A stretch of DNA of 64,000 nt from Eledone cirrhosa (GCA_964016885.1 OZ024743.1:133548001-133612000); one strand, 5' to 3'. Shown: positions 24,201 to 38,500, counted from the stretch's first letter. Numbers and translations are program-made. Notes: a model not told the origin generated them from the sequence alone.

Positions 24201-26500
24201 GGTGCTTGGTGCTTGGTGTTAGGTGTTTGGTGCTTGGTGATTGGTGTTTGATGTTAGGTTCTTGGTGCTTGGTGTTTGGTGTTTGGTGCTTGGTGCTTGG
24301 TGTTTGGTGTTTGGTGCTTGGTGTTTTGTGTTTGGAGTTTAGTGCTTGGTGTTTGGTGCTTCGGTCTTGGTGTTTGGTGTTTGGTGCTTGGTGCTTTGTG
24401 TTTGGTGTTTGGTGCCTGGTGCTTGGTGTTTGGTGGTTGATGTTTGGTGTTTGGTGATTGGTGCTTGGTGTTTGGTGCTTGGTGCTTGGTGCTTGGTGCT
24501 TGGTGTTAGGCGTTTGGTGCTTGGTGCTTGGTGATTGATGTTTGGTCCTTGGTGCTTGGTGTTTGGTATTTGGTGCTTGGTGCTTGGTGCTTGGTGTTTG
24601 GTGTTTGGTGCTTGCTGCTTGCTGCTTGGTGTTTGGAGCTAGGGGCTTGGTGCTTGGTGCTTGGTGTTTGGTGCTTGGTGCTTGGTGTTTGGTGTTTGGT
24701 GCTTGGTGCGTGGGACTTGGTGTTTGGTGCTTGGTGTTTGGTGTTTGGTGTTTGGTGCTTGGTGCCTGGTGCTTGGTGTTTGGTGTTTGGTGCTTGGTGT
24801 TTGGTGCTTGGGGTTTCGTGCTTGGTGTTCGGTGCTTGGTGCTTGGTGCTTGGTGCTCGGTGTTTGGTGTTTGGTGCTTGGTGCTTGGTGTTTGATGTTT
24901 GGTCCTTGGTGCTTGGTGTTTGGTGTTGTGTGCTTGGTGCTTGGTGCTTGGTGTTTGGTGCTTGGTGTTTGGTGCTTGGTGTTTGGTGATTGGTGTTTGG
25001 TGCTTGGTGTTTGGGGCTTGGTGTTCGGTGCTTGGTGCTTGGTGCTTGGGGCTTGGTGTTTGGTGTTTGGTGCTTGGTGCTTGGTGTTTGATCTTGGGTC
25101 CTTGGTGCTTGGTCTTTGGTGTTTGGTGCTTGGTGCTTGGTGTTTGGTGCTTGGTGCTTGGTGTTTGGTGTTTGGTGCTTGGTGCTTGGGGCTTGGTGTT
25201 TGGTGCTGGGTGCTTGGTGTTTGGTGCTTGGTGCTTGGGGCTTGGTAGTTGGTGCTTGGTGCTTGGTGCCTGGTGTTTGGTGTTTGGAGTTTGGTGCTTG
25301 GTGTTTGGTGCTTGGTGCTTGGTGCTGGGTGGTTGGTGTTTGGTGCTTGGTGCTTGGTGTTTGGTGCTTGGTGCTTGGTGCTTGTTGTTTGGTGCTTGGT
25401 GTTTGGTGCTTGGTCTTTGGTGCATGGTGTTTGGTGTTTGGCGCTTGGTGCTTGGTGCTTGGTGTTTGGTGCTTGGTGCTTGGTGCTTGGTGTTTGGTGC
25501 TTGGTTCTTGGTGATTAGTGTTTGTTGCTTGGTGCTTGGGGTTTGGTGTTTTGTCCTTGGTGCTTGGTGTTTGGTGTTTGGTGTTTGGTGTTTGGTGTTT
25601 GCTGTTTGGTGTCTGCTTTTTGGTGTTTGGTGTTTGCTGTATGGGGTTTGCTGTTTCGTATTTGGTTTTTGCTGTTTGGTGTTTGGTGTTTGGTGTTTGG
25701 TGCTTGGTGCCTGGTGCTTGTTGTATGGTGTTTGGTGCTTGGTGCTTGGTGTTTGGTGTTTGCTGCTTGGTGTCTGGTGTTTGGTGCTTGGTGTTTGGTG
25801 TTTGGTGCTTGGTGCTTGGTGCTTGGTGTTTGGTGTTTGGTGCTTGGTGCTTGGTGTTTGGTGTTTGGTGCTGGGTGCATGGAGTTTGGTGCTTTGTGCT
25901 TAGTGCTTGGTGTTTGGTGTTTGGTGCTTGGTATTTGGTGTTTGGTGTTTGATGCTTGGTGTGTGGTGCTTGGTGCTTGGTGCCTGGTGCTTGGTGCTTG
26001 GTGCTTGTTGTTTGGTGCTTGGTGCTTGGTGATTAGTGTTTGGTGCTTGGTCCTTGGGGTTTGCTGTTTGGTGCGTGGAGCTTGGTATTTGGTGCTTGGT
26101 GCTTGGTGTTTGGTGTTTGGTGCTTGGGGTTTGGTGTTTGGTGCTTGGTGCTTGGTGTTTGGTGCTTGGTGCTTGGTGTTTGGTGCTTGGTGCTTTGTGT
26201 TTGGTGCTTGGTGTTTGGTGCTTGGTGCATGGTGCTTGGTGCTTGGTGTTAGGTGTTTGGTGCTTGGTGATTGGTGTTTGATGTTACGTACTTGGTGCTT
26301 GGTGTTTGGTGTTTGGTGCTTGGTACTTGGTGTTTGGTGTTTGGTGGTTGCTGCTTGGTGCTTGGTGTTTTGTGTTTGGAGTTTGGTGCTTGGTGTTTGG
26401 TGCTTCGGTCTTGGTGTTTGGTGTTTGGTGATTGCTGCTTGGTGCTTGGTGTTTGGTGCTTGGTGCTTGGTGATTGGTGTTTGGTGATTGGTGCTTGGGG
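21240..26500 (+). repeat. 2695-bp (385-unit) tandem duplication
   Basis: ORF pairs 21304/23999, 21651/24346, 22204/24899, 22823/25518 and 23341/26036 all have offset 2695. Confidence 0.9.
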
Positions 26501-29500
26501 TTTGCTGTTTGGTGCTTGGTGTTTGGTGCTTGGTGCTTGCTGTTTGGTGTTTGGTGTCTGGTGCTTGGTGCTTGGTGCTTGGTGTTTGGTGCTTGGTGCT
26601 TGGTGCTTGGTGTTTGGTGCTGCGTGCTTGGTGTTTGGTGTTTGGTGCTTGGTGCCTGGTGCTTGTTGTTTGGTGTTTGGTGCTTAGTGCTTGGTGTTTG
26701 GTGTTTGGTGCTTGGTGCTTGGTGGCTGGTGCTTGGTGCTTGGTGTTTGGAGTTTGGTGCTTGGTGCTTGGTGCCTGGTGTTTCGTGCTTGGTGCTTGGT
26801 GCTTGGTGTTTGGTGTTTGGTGCTTGGTGTTTGGTGTTTGGTACTTGGTGCTTGGTGCTTGGTGCTTGGTGTTTGGTGCTTGGTGTTTGATGCTGCGTGC
26901 TTGGTGTTTGGTGTTTGGTGCTTGGTACTTGGTGTTTGGTGTTTGGAGCTTGGTTCCTGCTGCTTGTTGTTTGGTGTTTGGTGCTTGGTGCTTGGTGTTT
27001 GGTGTTTGGTGCTTGGTGTTTGGTGCTTGGTATCTGGTGTTTGGTGCTTGATGTTTGGTGTTTGGTGCTTGGTGCTTGGTGCTTGGTGTTTGGTGTTTGG
27101 TGCTTGGTGCTTGGTGTTTGGTGCTTGGTGTTTGGTGTTTGGTGTTTGATGCTTGGTGTTTGCTGCTTGGTGCATGGTGCTTGGTGTTTTGTGTTTGGTG
27201 CTTGGTGCCTGGTGCCTGGTGCTTGGTGCTTGGTGCTTGTTGTTTGGTGCTTGGTGCTTGGTGATTAGTGTTTGGTGCTTGGTGCTTGCGGTTTGATGTT
27301 TGGTGCCTGGGGTTTGGTGTTTGGTGCTTGGTGCTTGGTGTTTGGTGCTTGGTGCTTGGTGTTTGGTGTTTGGTGCTTGGTGCTCGGTGTTTGGTGCTTG
27401 GTGCTTGGTGTTTGGTGCTTGGTGTTTGGTGCTTGGTGCTTGGTGCTTGGTGCTTGGTGTTAGGTGTTTGGTGCTTGGTGCTTCGTGTTTGATGTTTGGT
27501 CCTTGGTGCTTGGTGTTTGGTGTTTGGTGCTTGGTGCTTGGTGTTTGGTGTTTGGTGCTTGCTGCTTGCTGCTTGGTGTTTGGTGCTTGGTGATTGGTGC
27601 TTGGTGTTTTGTGCTTGGTGCTTGATGTTTGGTGTTTGGTGCTAGGGGCTTGGTGCTTGGTGCTTGGTGTTTGGTGCTTGGTGCTTGCTGTTTGGTGTTT
27701 GGTGCTTGGTGCTTGGTGCTTGGTGTTTGATCTTGGGTCCTTGGTGCTTGGTGTTTGTTGTTTGGTGCTTGGTGCTTGGTGTTTGGTGCTTGGTGCTTGG
27801 TGTTTGGTGTTTGGTGGTTGGTGCTTGGGGCTTGGTGTTTGGTGCTTGGTGCTTGGTGTTTGGTGCTTGGTGCTTGGGGCTTGGTAGTTGGTGCTTGGTG
27901 CTTGGTGCCTGGTGTTTGGTGTTTGGTGTTTGGTGCTTGGTGTTTGGTGCTTGGTGCTTGGTGCTGGGTGGTTGGTGTTTGGTGCTTGGTGCTTGGTGTT
28001 TGGTGCTTGGTGCTTGGTGCTTGGTGCTGGGTGGTTGGTGTTTGGTGCTTGGTGCTTGGTGTTTGGTGCTTGGTGTTTGGTGCTTGGTGCTTGGTGCTTG
28101 GTGATTGGTGTTTGGTGATTGGTGCTTGGTACTTGGTGTTTGGTGTTTGGTGGTTGCTGCTTGGTGCTTGGTGTTTGATGTTTGTTGCTTGGTATTTGGT
28201 GTTTGGTGTTTGATGCTTGGTGTGTGGTGCTTGGTGCTTGGTGTTTTGTGTTTGGTGCTTGGTGCTTGGTGCCTGGTGCTTGGTGCTTGGTGCTTGTTGT
28301 TTGGTGCTTGGTGCTTGGTGATTAGTGTTTGGTGCTTGGTCCTTGGGGTTTGCTGTTTGGTGCGTGGTGCTTGGTATTTGGTGCTTGGTGCTTGGTGTTT
28401 GGTGTTTGGTGCTTGGAGTTTGGTGTTTGGTGCTTGGTGCTTGGTGCTTGGTGTTTGGTGCTTGGTGCTTGGTGTTTGGTGCTTGGTGCTTTGTGTTTGG
28501 TGCTTGGTGTTTGGTGCTTGGTGCTTGGTGCTTGGTGCTTGGTGTTAGGTGTTTGGTGCTTGGTGATTGGTGTTTGATGTTAGGTTCTTGGTGCTTGGTG
28601 TTTGGTGTTTGGTGCTTGGTGCTTGGTGTTTGGTGTTTGGTGCTTGGTGTTTTGTGTTTGGAGTTTAGTGCTTGGTGTTTGGTGCTTCGGTCTTGGTGTT
28701 TGGTGTTTGGTGCTTGGTGCTTTGTGTTTGGTGTTTGGTGCCTGGTGCTTGGTGTTTGGTGGTTGATGTTTGGTGTTTGGTGATTGGTGCTTGGTGTTTG
28801 GTGCTTGGTGCTTGGTGCTTGGTGCTTGGTGTTAGGCGTTTGGTGCTTGGTGCTTGGTGATTGATGTTTGGTCCTTGGTGCTTGGTGTTTGGTATTTGGT
28901 GCTTGGTGCTTGGTGCTTGGTGTTTGGTGTTTGGTGCTTGCTGCTTGCTGCTTGGTGTTTGGAGCTAGGGGCTTGGTGCTTGGTGCTTGGTGTTTGGTGC
29001 TTGGTGCTTGGTGTTTGGTGTTTGGTGCTTGGTGCGTGGGACTTGGTGTTTGGTGCTTGGTGTTTGGTGTTTGGTGTTTGGTGCTTGGTGCCTGGTGCTT
29101 GGTGTTTGGTGTTTGGTGCTTGGTGTTTGGTGCTTGGGGTTTCGTGCTTGGTGTTTGGTGCTTGGTGCTTGGTGCTTGGTGCTTGGTGTTTGGTGTTTGG
29201 TGCTTGGTGCTTGGTGTTTGATGTTTGGTCCTTGGTGCTTGGTGTTTGGTGTTGTGTGCTTGGTGCTTGGTGCTTGGTGTTTGGTGCTTGGTGTTTGGTG
29301 CTTGGTGTTTGGTGATTGGTGTTTGGTGCTTGGTGTTTGGGGCTTGGTGTTCGGTGCTTGGTGCTTGGTGCTTGGGGCTTGGTGTTTGGTGTTTGGTGCT
29401 TGGTGCTTGGTGTTTGATCTTGGGTCCTTGGTGCTTGGTCTTTGGTGTTTGGTGCTTGGTGCTTGGTGTTTGGTGCTTGGTGCTTGGTGTTTGGTGTTTG

Positions 29501-32500
29501 GTGCTTGGTGCTTGGGGCTTGGTGTTTGGTGCTTGGTGCTTGGTGTTTGGTGCTTGGTGCTTGGGGCTTGGTAGTTGGTGCTTGGTGCTTGGTGCCTGGT
29601 GTTTGGTGTTTGGAGTTTGGTGCTTGGTGTTTGGTGCTTGGTGCTTGGTGCTGGGTGGTTGGTGTTTGGTGCTTGGTGCTTGGTGTTTGGTGCTTGGTGC
29701 TTGGTGCTTGTTGTTTGGTGCTTGGTGTTTGGTGCTTGGTCTTTGGTGCATGGTGTTTGGTGTTTGGCGCTTGGTGCTTGGTGCTTGGTGTTTGGTGCTT
29801 GGTGCTTGGTGCTTGGTGTTTGGTGCTTGGTTCTTGGTGATTAGTGTTTGTTGCTTGGTGCTTGGGGTTTGGTGTTTTGTCCTTGGTGCTTGGTGTTTGG
29901 TGTTTGGTGTTTGGTGTTTGGTGTTTGCTGTTTGGTGGCTGCTTTTTGGTGTTTGGTGTTTGCTGTATGGGGTTTGCTGTTTCGTATTTGGTTTTTGCTG
30001 TTTGGTGTTTGGTGTTTGGTGTTTGGTGCTTGGTGCCTGGTGCTTGTTGTATGGTGTTTGGTGCTTGGTGCTTGGTGTTTGGTGTTTGCTGCTTGGTGTC
30101 TGGTGTTTGGTGCTTGGTGTTTGGTGTTTGGTGCTTGGTGCTTGGTGCTTGGTGTTTGGTGTTTGGTGCTTGGTGCTTGGTGTTTGGTGTTTGGTGCTGG
30201 GTGCATGGAGTTTGGTGCTTTGTGCTTAGTGCTTGGTGTTTGGTGTTTGGTGCTTGGTATTTGGTGTTTGGTGTTTGATGCTTGGTGTGTGGTGCTTGGT
30301 GCTTGGTGCCTGGTGCTTGGTGCTTGGTGCTTGTTGTTTGGTGCTTGGTGCTTGGTGATTAGTGTTTGGTGCTTGGTCCTTGGGGTTTGCTGTTTGGTGC
30401 GTGGAGCTTGGTATTTGGTGCTTGGTGCTTGGTGTTTGGTGTTTGGTGCTTGGGGTTTGGTGTTTGGTGCTTGGTGCTTGGTGTTTGGTGCTTGGTGCTT
30501 GGTGTTTGGTGCTTGGTGCTTTGTGTTTGGTGCTTGGTGTTTGGTGCTTGGTGCATGGTGCTTGGTGCTTGGTGTTAGGTGTTTGGTGCTTGGTGATTGG
30601 TGTTTGATGTTACGTTCTTGGTGTTTGGTGTTTGGTGTTTGGTGCTTGGTACTTGGTGTTTGGTGTTTGGTGGTTGCTGCTTGGTGCTTGGTGTTTTGTG
30701 TTTGGAGTTTGGTGCTTGGTGTTTGGTGCTTCGGTCTTGGTGTTTGGTGTTTGGTGATTGCTGCTTGGTGCTTGGTGTTTGGTGCTTGGTGCTTGGTGCT
30801 TGGTGTTTGGTGCTTGGTGCTTTGTGTTTGGTGCTTGGTGTTTGGTGCTTGGTGCTTGGTGCTTGGTGCTTGGTGTTTGGTGTTTGGTGCTTGGTGTTTG
30901 GTGTTTGGTACTTGGTGCTTGGTGCTTGGTGCTTGGTGTTTGGTGCTTGGTGTTTGATGCTGCGTGCTTGGTGTTTGGTGTTTGGTGCTTGGTACTTGGT
31001 GTTTGGTGTTTGGAGCTTGGTTCCTGCTGCTTGTTGTTTGGTGTTTGGTGCTTGGTGCTTGGTGTTTGGTGTTTGGTGCTTGGTGTTTGGTGCTTGGTAT
31101 CTGGTGTTTGGTGCTTGATGTTTGGTGTTTGGTGCTTGGTGCTTGGTGCTTGGTGTTTGGTGTTTGGTGCTTGGTGCTTGGTGTTTGGTGCTTGGTGTTT
31201 GGTGTTTGGTGTTTGATGCTTGGTGTTTGCTGCTTGGTGCATGGTGCTTGGTGTTTTGTGTTTGGTGCTTGGTGCCTGGTGCCTGGTGCTTGGTGCTTGG
31301 TGCTTGTTGTTTGGTGCTTGGTGCTTGGTGATTAGTGTTTGGTGCTTGGTGCTTGCGGTTTGATGTTTGGTGCCTGGGGTTTGGTGTTTGGTGCTTGGTG
31401 CTTGGTGTTTGGTGCTTGGTGCTTGGTGTTTGGTGTTTGGTGCTTGGTGCTCGGTGTTTGGTGCTTGGTGCTTGGTGTTTGGTGCTTGGTGTTTGGTGCT
31501 TGGTGCTTGGTGCTTGGTGCTTGGTGTTAGGTGTTTGGTGCTTGGTGCTTCGTGTTTGATGTTTGGTCCTTGGTGCTTGGTGTTTGGTGTTTGGTGCTTG
31601 GTGCTTGGTGTTTGGTGTTTGGTGCTTGCTGCTTGCTGCTTGGTGTTTGGTGCTTGGTGATTGGTGCTTGGTGTTTTGTGCTTGGTGCTTGATGTTTGGT
31701 GTTTGGTGCTAGGGGCTTGGTGCTTGGTGCTTGGTGTTTGGTGCTTGGTGCTTGCTGTTTGGTGTTTGGTGCTTGGTGCTTGATGCTTGGTGTTTGATCT
31801 TGGGTCCTTGGTGCTTGGTGTTTGTTGTTTGGTGCTTGGTGCTTGGTGTTTGGTGCTTGGTGCTTGGTGTTTGGTGTTTGGTGGTTGGTGCTTGGGGCTT
31901 GGTGTTTGGTGCTTGGTGCTTGGTGTTTGGTGCTTGGTGCTTGGGGCTTGGTAGTTGGTGCTTGGTGCTTGGTGCCTGGTGTTTGGTGTTTGGTGTTTGG
32001 TGCTTGGTGTTTGGTGCTTGGTGCTTGGTGCTGGGTGGTTGGTGTTTGGTGCTTGGTGCTTGGTGTTTGGTGCTTGGTGCTTGGTGCTTGGTGTTTGGTG
32101 CTTGGTGCTTGGTGCTTGGTGTTTGGTGCTTGGTCCTTGGGGTTTGCTGTTTGGTGCGTGGTGCTTGGTATTTGGTGCTTGGTGCTTGGTGTTTGGTGTT
32201 TGGTGCTTGGAGTTTGGTGTTTGGTGCTTGGTGCTTGGTGCTTGGTGTTTGGTGCTTGGTGCTTGGTGTTTGGTGCTTGGTGCTTTGTGTTTGGTGCTTG
32301 GTGTTTGGTGCTTGGTGCTTGGTGCTTGGTGCTTGGTGTTAGGTGTTTGGTGCTTGGTGATTGGTGTTTGATGTTAGGTTCTTGGTGCTTGGTGTTTGGT
32401 GTTTGGTGCTTGGTGCTTGGTGTTTGGTGTTTGGTGCTTGGTGTTTTGTGTTTGGAGTTTAGTGCTTGGTGTTTGGTGCTTCGGTCTTGGTGTTTGGTGT

Positions 32501-35500
32501 TTGGTGCTTGGTGCTTTGTGTTTGGTGTTTGGTGCCTGGTGCTTGGTGTTTGGTGGTTGATGTTTGGTGTTTGGTGATTGGTGCTTGGTGTTTGGTGCTT
32601 GGTGCTTGGTGCTTGGTGCTTGGTGTTAGGCGTTTGGTGCTTGGTGCTTGGTGATTGATGTTTGGTCCTTGGTGCTTGGTGTTTGGTATTTGGTGCTTGG
32701 TGCTTGGTGCTTGGTGTTTGGTGTTTGGTGCTTGCTGCTTGCTGCTTGGTGTTTGGAGCTAGGGGCTTGGTGCTTGGTGCTTGGTGTTTGGTGCTTGGTG
32801 CTTGGTGTTTGGTGTTTGGTGCTTGGTGCGTGGGACTTGGTGTTTGGTGCTTGGTGTTTGGTGTTTGGTGTTTGGTGCTTGGTGCCTGGTGCTTGGTGTT
32901 TGGTGTTTGGTGCTTGGTGTTTGGTGCTTGGGGTTTCGTGCTTGGTGTTCGGTGCTTGGTGCTTGGTGCTTGGTGCTCGGTGTTTGGTGTTTGGTGCTTG
33001 GTGCTTGGTGTTTGATGTTTGGTCCTTGGTGCTTGGTGTTTGGTGTTGTGTGCTTGGTGCTTGGTGCTTGGTGTTTGGTGCTTGGTGTTTGGTGCTTGGT
33101 GTTTGGTGATTGGTGTTTGGTGCTTGGTGTTTGGGGCTTGGTGTTCGGTGCTTGGTGCTTGGTGCTTGGGGCTTGGTGTTTGGTGTTTGGTGCTTGGTGC
33201 TTGGTGTTTGATCTTGGGTCCTTGGTGCTTGGTCTTTGGTGTTTGGTGCTTGGTGCTTGGTGTTTGGTGCTTGGTGCTTGGTGTTTGGTGTTTGGTGCTT
33301 GGTGCTTGGGGCTTGGTGTTTGGTGCTGGGTGCTTGGTGTTTGGTGCTTGGTGCTTGGGGCTTGGTAGTTGGTGCTTGGTGCTTGGTGCCTGGTGTTTGG
33401 TGTTTGGAGTTTGGTGCTTGGTGTTTGGTGCTTGGTGCTTGGTGCTGGGTGGTTGGTGTTTGGTGCTTGGTGCTTGGTGTTTGGTGCTTGGTGCTTGGTG
33501 CTTGTTGTTTGGTGCTTGGTGTTTGGTGCTTGGTCTTTGGTGCATGGTGTTTGGTGTTTGGCGCTTGGTGCTTGGTGCTTGGTGTTTGGTGCTTGGTGCT
33601 TGGTGCTTGGTGTTTGGTGCTTGGTTCTTGGTGATTAGTGTTTGTTGCTTGGTGCTTGGGGTTTGGTGTTTTGTCCTTGGTGCTTGGTGTTTGGTGTTTG
33701 GTGTTTGGTGTTTGGTGTTTGCTGTTTGGTGTCTGCTTTTTGGTGTTTGGTGTTTGCTGTATGGGGTTTGCTGTTTCGTATTTGGTTTTTGCTGTTTGGT
33801 GTTTGGTGTTTGGTGTTTGGTGCTTGGTGCCTGGTGCTTGTTGTATGGTGTTTGGTGCTTGGTGCTTGGTGTTTGGTGTTTGCTGCTTGGTGTCTGGTGT
33901 TTGGTGCTTGGTGTTTGGTGTTTGGTGCTTGGTGCTTGGTGCTTGGTGTTTGGTGTTTGGTGCTTGGTGCTTGGTGTTTGGTGTTTGGTGCTGGGTGCAT
34001 GGAGTTTGGTGCTTTGTGCTTAGTGCTTGGTGTTTGGTGTTTGGTGCTTGGTATTTGGTGTTTGGTGTTTGATGCTTGGTGTGTGGTGCTTGGTGCTTGG
34101 TGCCTGGTGCTTGGTGCTTGGTGCTTGTTGTTTGGTGCTTGGTGCTTGGTGATTAGTGTTTGGTGCTTGGTCCTTGGGGTTTGCTGTTTGGTGCGTGGAG
34201 CTTGGTATTTGGTGCTTGGTGCTTGGTGTTTGGTGTTTGGTGCTTGGGGTTTGGTGTTTGGTGCTTGGTGCTTGGTGTTTGGTGCTTGGTGCTTGGTGTT
34301 TGGTGCTTGGTGCTTTGTGTTTGGTGCTTGGTGTTTGGTGCTTGGTGCATGGTGCTTGGTGCTTGGTGTTAGGTGTTTGGTGCTTGGTGATTGGTGTTTG
34401 ATGTTACGTACTTGGTGCTTGGTGTTTGGTGTTTGGTGCTTGGTACTTGGTGTTTGGTGTTTGGTGGTTGCTGCTTGGTGCTTGGTGTTTTGTGTTTGGA
34501 GTTTGGTGCTTGGTGTTTGGTGCTTCGGTCTTGGTGTTTGGTGTTTGGTGATTGCTGCTTGGTGCTTGGTGTTTGGTGCTTGGTGCTTGGTGATTGGTGT
34601 TTGGTGATTGGTGCTTGGGGTTTGCTGTTTGGTGCTTGGTGTTTGGTGCTTGGTGCTTGCTGTTTGGTGTTTGGTGTCTGGTGCTTGGTGCTTGGTGCTT
34701 GGTGTTTGGTGCTTGGTGCTTGGTGCTTGGTGTTTGGTGCTGCGTGCTTGGTGTTTGGTGTTTGGTGCTTGGTGCCTGGTGCTTGTTGTTTGGTGTTTGG
34801 TGCTTAGTGCTTGGTGTTTGGTGTTTGGTGCTTGGTGCTTGGTGGCTGGTGCTTGGTGCTTGGTGTTTGGAGTTTGGTGCTTGGTGCTTGGTGCCTGGTG
34901 TTTCGTGCTTGGTGCTTGGTGCTTGGTGTTTGGTGTTTGGTGCTTGGTGTTTGGTGTTTGGTACTTGGTGCTTGGTGCTTGGTGCTTGGTGTTTGGTGCT
35001 TGGTGTTTGATGCTGCGTGCTTGGTGTTTGGTGTTTGGTGCTTGGTACTTGGTGTTTGGTGTTTGGAGCTTGGTTCCTGCTGCTTGTTGTTTGGTGTTTG
35101 GTGCTTGGTGCTTGGTGTTTGGTGTTTGGTGCTTGGTGTTTGGTGCTTGGTATCTGGTGTTTGGTGCTTGATGTTTGGTGTTTGGTGCTTGGTGCTTGGT
35201 GCTTGGTGTTTGGTGTTTGGTGCTTGGTGCTTGGTGTTTGGTGCTTGGTGTTTGGTGTTTGGTGTTTGATGCTTGGTGTTTGCTGCTTGGTGCATGGTGC
35301 TTGGTGTTTTGTGTTTGGTGCTTGGTGCCTGGTGCCTGGTGCTTGGTGCTTGGTGCTTGTTGTTTGGTGCTTGGTGCTTGGTGATTAGTGTTTGGTGCTT
35401 GGTGCTTGCGGTTTGATGTTTGGTGCCTGGGGTTTGGTGTTTGGTGCTTGGTGCTTGGTGTTTGGTGCTTGGTGCTTGGTGTTTGGTGTTTGGTGCTTGG

Positions 35501-38500
35501 TGCTCGGTGTTTGGTGCTTGGTGCTTGGTGTTTGGTGCTTGGTGTTTGGTGCTTGGTGCTTGGTGCTTGGTGCTTGGTGTTAGGTGTTTGGTGCTTGGTG
35601 CTTCGTGTTTGATGTTTGGTCCTTGGTGCTTGGTGTTTGGTGTTTGGTGCTTGGTGCTTGGTGTTTGGTGTTTGGTGCTTGCTGCTTGCTGCTTGGTGTT
35701 TGGTGCTTGGTGATTGGTGCTTGGTGTTTTGTGCTTGGTGCTTGATGTTTGGTGTTTGGTGCTAGGGGCTTGGTGCTTGGTGCTTGGTGTTTGGTGCTTG
35801 GTGCTTGCTGTTTGGTGTTTGGTGCTTGGTGCTTGGTGCTTGGTGTTTGATCTTGGGTCCTTGGTGCTTGGTGTTTGTTGTTTGGTGCTTGGTGCTTGGT
35901 GTTTGGTGCTTGGTGCTTGGTGTTTGGTGTTTGGTGGTTGGTGCTTGGGGCTTGGTGTTTGGTGCTTGGTGCTTGGTGTTTGGTGCTTGGTGCTTGGGGC
36001 TTGGTAGTTGGTGCTTGGTGCTTGGTGCCTGGTGTTTGGTGTTTGGTGTTTGGTGCTTGGTGTTTGGTGCTTGGTGCTTGGTGCTGGGTGGTTGGTGTTT
36101 GGTGCTTGGTGCTTGGTGTTTGGTGCTTGGTGCTTGGTGCTTGGTGCTGGGTGGTTGGTGTTTGGTGCTTGGTGCTTGGTGTTTGGTGCTTGGTGTTTGG
36201 TGCTTGGTGCTTGGTGCTTGGTGATTGGTGTTTGGTGATTGGTGCTTGGTACTTGGTGTTTGGTGTTTGGTGGTTGCTGCTTGGTGCTTGGTGTTTGATG
36301 TTTGTTGCTTGGTATTTGGTGTTTGGTGTTTGATGCTTGGTGTGTGGTGCTTGGTGCTTGGTGTTTTGTGTTTGGTGCTTGGTGCTTGGTGCCTGGTGCT
36401 TGGTGCTTGGTGCTTGTTGTTTGGTGCTTGGTGCTTGGTGATTAGTGTTTGGTGCTTGGTCCTTGGGGTTTGCTGTTTGGTGCGTGGTGCTTGGTATTTG
36501 GTGCTTGGTGCTTGGTGTTTGGTGTTTGGTGCTTGGAGTTTGGTGTTTGGTGCTTGGTGCTTGGTGCTTGGTGTTTGGTGCTTGGTGCTTGGTGTTTGGT
36601 GCTTGGTGCTTTGTGTTTGGTGCTTGGTGTTTGGTGCTTGGTGCTTGGTGCTTGGTGCTTGGTGTTAGGTGTTTGGTGCTTGGTGATTGGTGTTTGATGT
36701 TAGGTTCTTGGTGCTTGGTGTTTGGTGTTTGGTGCTTGGTGCTTGGTGTTTGGTGTTTGGTGCTTGGTGTTTTGTGTTTGGAGTTTAGTGCTTGGTGTTT
36801 GGTGCTTCGGTCTTGGTGTTTGGTGTTTGGTGCTTGGTGCTTTGTGTTTGGTGTTTGGTGCCTGGTGCTTGGTGTTTGGTGGTTGATGTTTGGTGTTTGG
36901 TGATTGGTGCTTGGTGTTTGGTGCTTGGTGCTTGGTGCTTGGTGCTTGGTGTTAGGCGTTTGGTGCTTGGTGCTTGGTGATTGATGTTTGGTCCTTGGTG
37001 CTTGGTGTTTGGTATTTGGTGCTTGGTGCTTGGTGCTTGGTGTTTGGTGTTTGGTGCTTGCTGCTTGCTGCTTGGTGTTTGGAGCTAGGGGCTTGGTGCT
37101 TGGTGCTTGGTGTTTGGTGCTTGGTGCTTGGTGTTTGGTGTTTGGTGCTTGGTGCGTGGGACTTGGTGTTTGGTGCTTGGTGTTTGGTGTTTGGTGTTTG
37201 GTGCTTGGTGCCTGGTGCTTGGTGTTTGGTGTTTGGTGCTTGGTGTTTGGTGCTTGGGGTTTCGTGCTTGGTGTTCGGTGCTTGGTGCTTGGTGCTTGGT
37301 GCTTGGTGTTTGGTGTTTGGTGCTTGGTGCTTGGTGTTTGATGTTTGGTCCTTGGTGCTTGGTGTTTGGTGTTGTGTGCTTGGTGCTTGGTGCTTGGTGT
37401 TTGGTGCTTGGTGTTTGGTGCTTGGTGTTTGGTGATTGGTGTTTGGTGCTTGGTGTTTGGGGCTTGGTGTTCGGTGCTTGGTGCTTGGTGCTTGGGGCTT
37501 GGTGTTTGGTGTTTGGTGCTTGGTGCTTGGTGTTTGATCTTGGGTCCTTGGTGCTTGGTCTTTGGTGTTTGGTGCTTGGTGCTTGGTGTTTGGTGCTTGG
37601 TGCTTGGTGTTTGGTGTTTGGTGCTTGGTGCTTGGGGCTTGGTGTTTGGTGCTTGGTGCTTGGTGTTTGGTGCTTGGTGCTTGGGGCTTGGTAGTTGGTG
37701 CTTGGTGCTTGGTGCCTGGTGTTTGGTGTTTGGAGTTTGGTGCTTGGTGTTTGGTGCTTGGTGCTTGGTGCTGGGTGGTTGGTGTTTGGTGCTTGGTGCT
37801 TGGTGTTTGGTGCTTGGTGCTTGGTGCTTGTTGTTTGGTGCTTGGTGTTTGGTGCTTGGTCTTTGGTGCATGGTGTTTGGTGTTTGGCGCTTGGTGCTTG
37901 GTGCTTGGTGTTTGGTGCTTGGTGCTTGGTGCTTGGTGTTTGGTGCTTGGTTCTTGGTGATTAGTGTTTGTTGCTTGGTGCTTGGGGTTTGGTGTTTTGT
38001 CCTTGGTGCTTGGTGTTTGGTGTTTGGTGTTTGGTGTTTGGTGTTTGCTGTTTGGTGGCTGCTTTTTGGTGTTTGGTGTTTGCTGTATGGGGTTTGCTGT
38101 TTCGTATTTGGTTTTTGCTGTTTGGTGTTTGGTGTTTGGTGTTTGGTGCTTGGTGCCTGGTGCTTGTTGTATGGTGTTTGGTGCTTGGTGCTTGGTGTTT
38201 GGTGTTTGCTGCTTGGTGTCTGGTGTTTGGTGCTTGGTGTTTGGTGTTTGGTGCTTGGTGCTTGGTGCTTGGTGTTTGGTGTTTGGTGCTTGGTGCTTGG
38301 TGTTTGGTGTTTGGTGCTGGGTGCATGGAGTTTGGTGCTTTGTGCTTAGTGCTTGGTGTTTGGTGTTTGGTGCTTGGTATTTGGTGTTTGGTGTTTGATG
38401 CTTGGTGTGTGGTGCTTGGTGCTTGGTGCCTGGTGCTTGGTGCTTGGTGCTTGTTGTTTGGTGCTTGGTGCTTGGTGATTAGTGTTTGGTGCTTGGTCCT

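Noticed and set aside
27460-29751. Long - strand ORFs (up to 763 aa, also 35580-37871, 31527-33545, 4798-6624) encoding mucin-like (TKHQ[AT]P[SN])n
   Set aside because: Same artefact. ATGs come from a GCATGG variant and stops from TTA/CTA variants. There is no signal peptide or non-repetitive terminus, and ORF length only reflects the spacing of rare variants.
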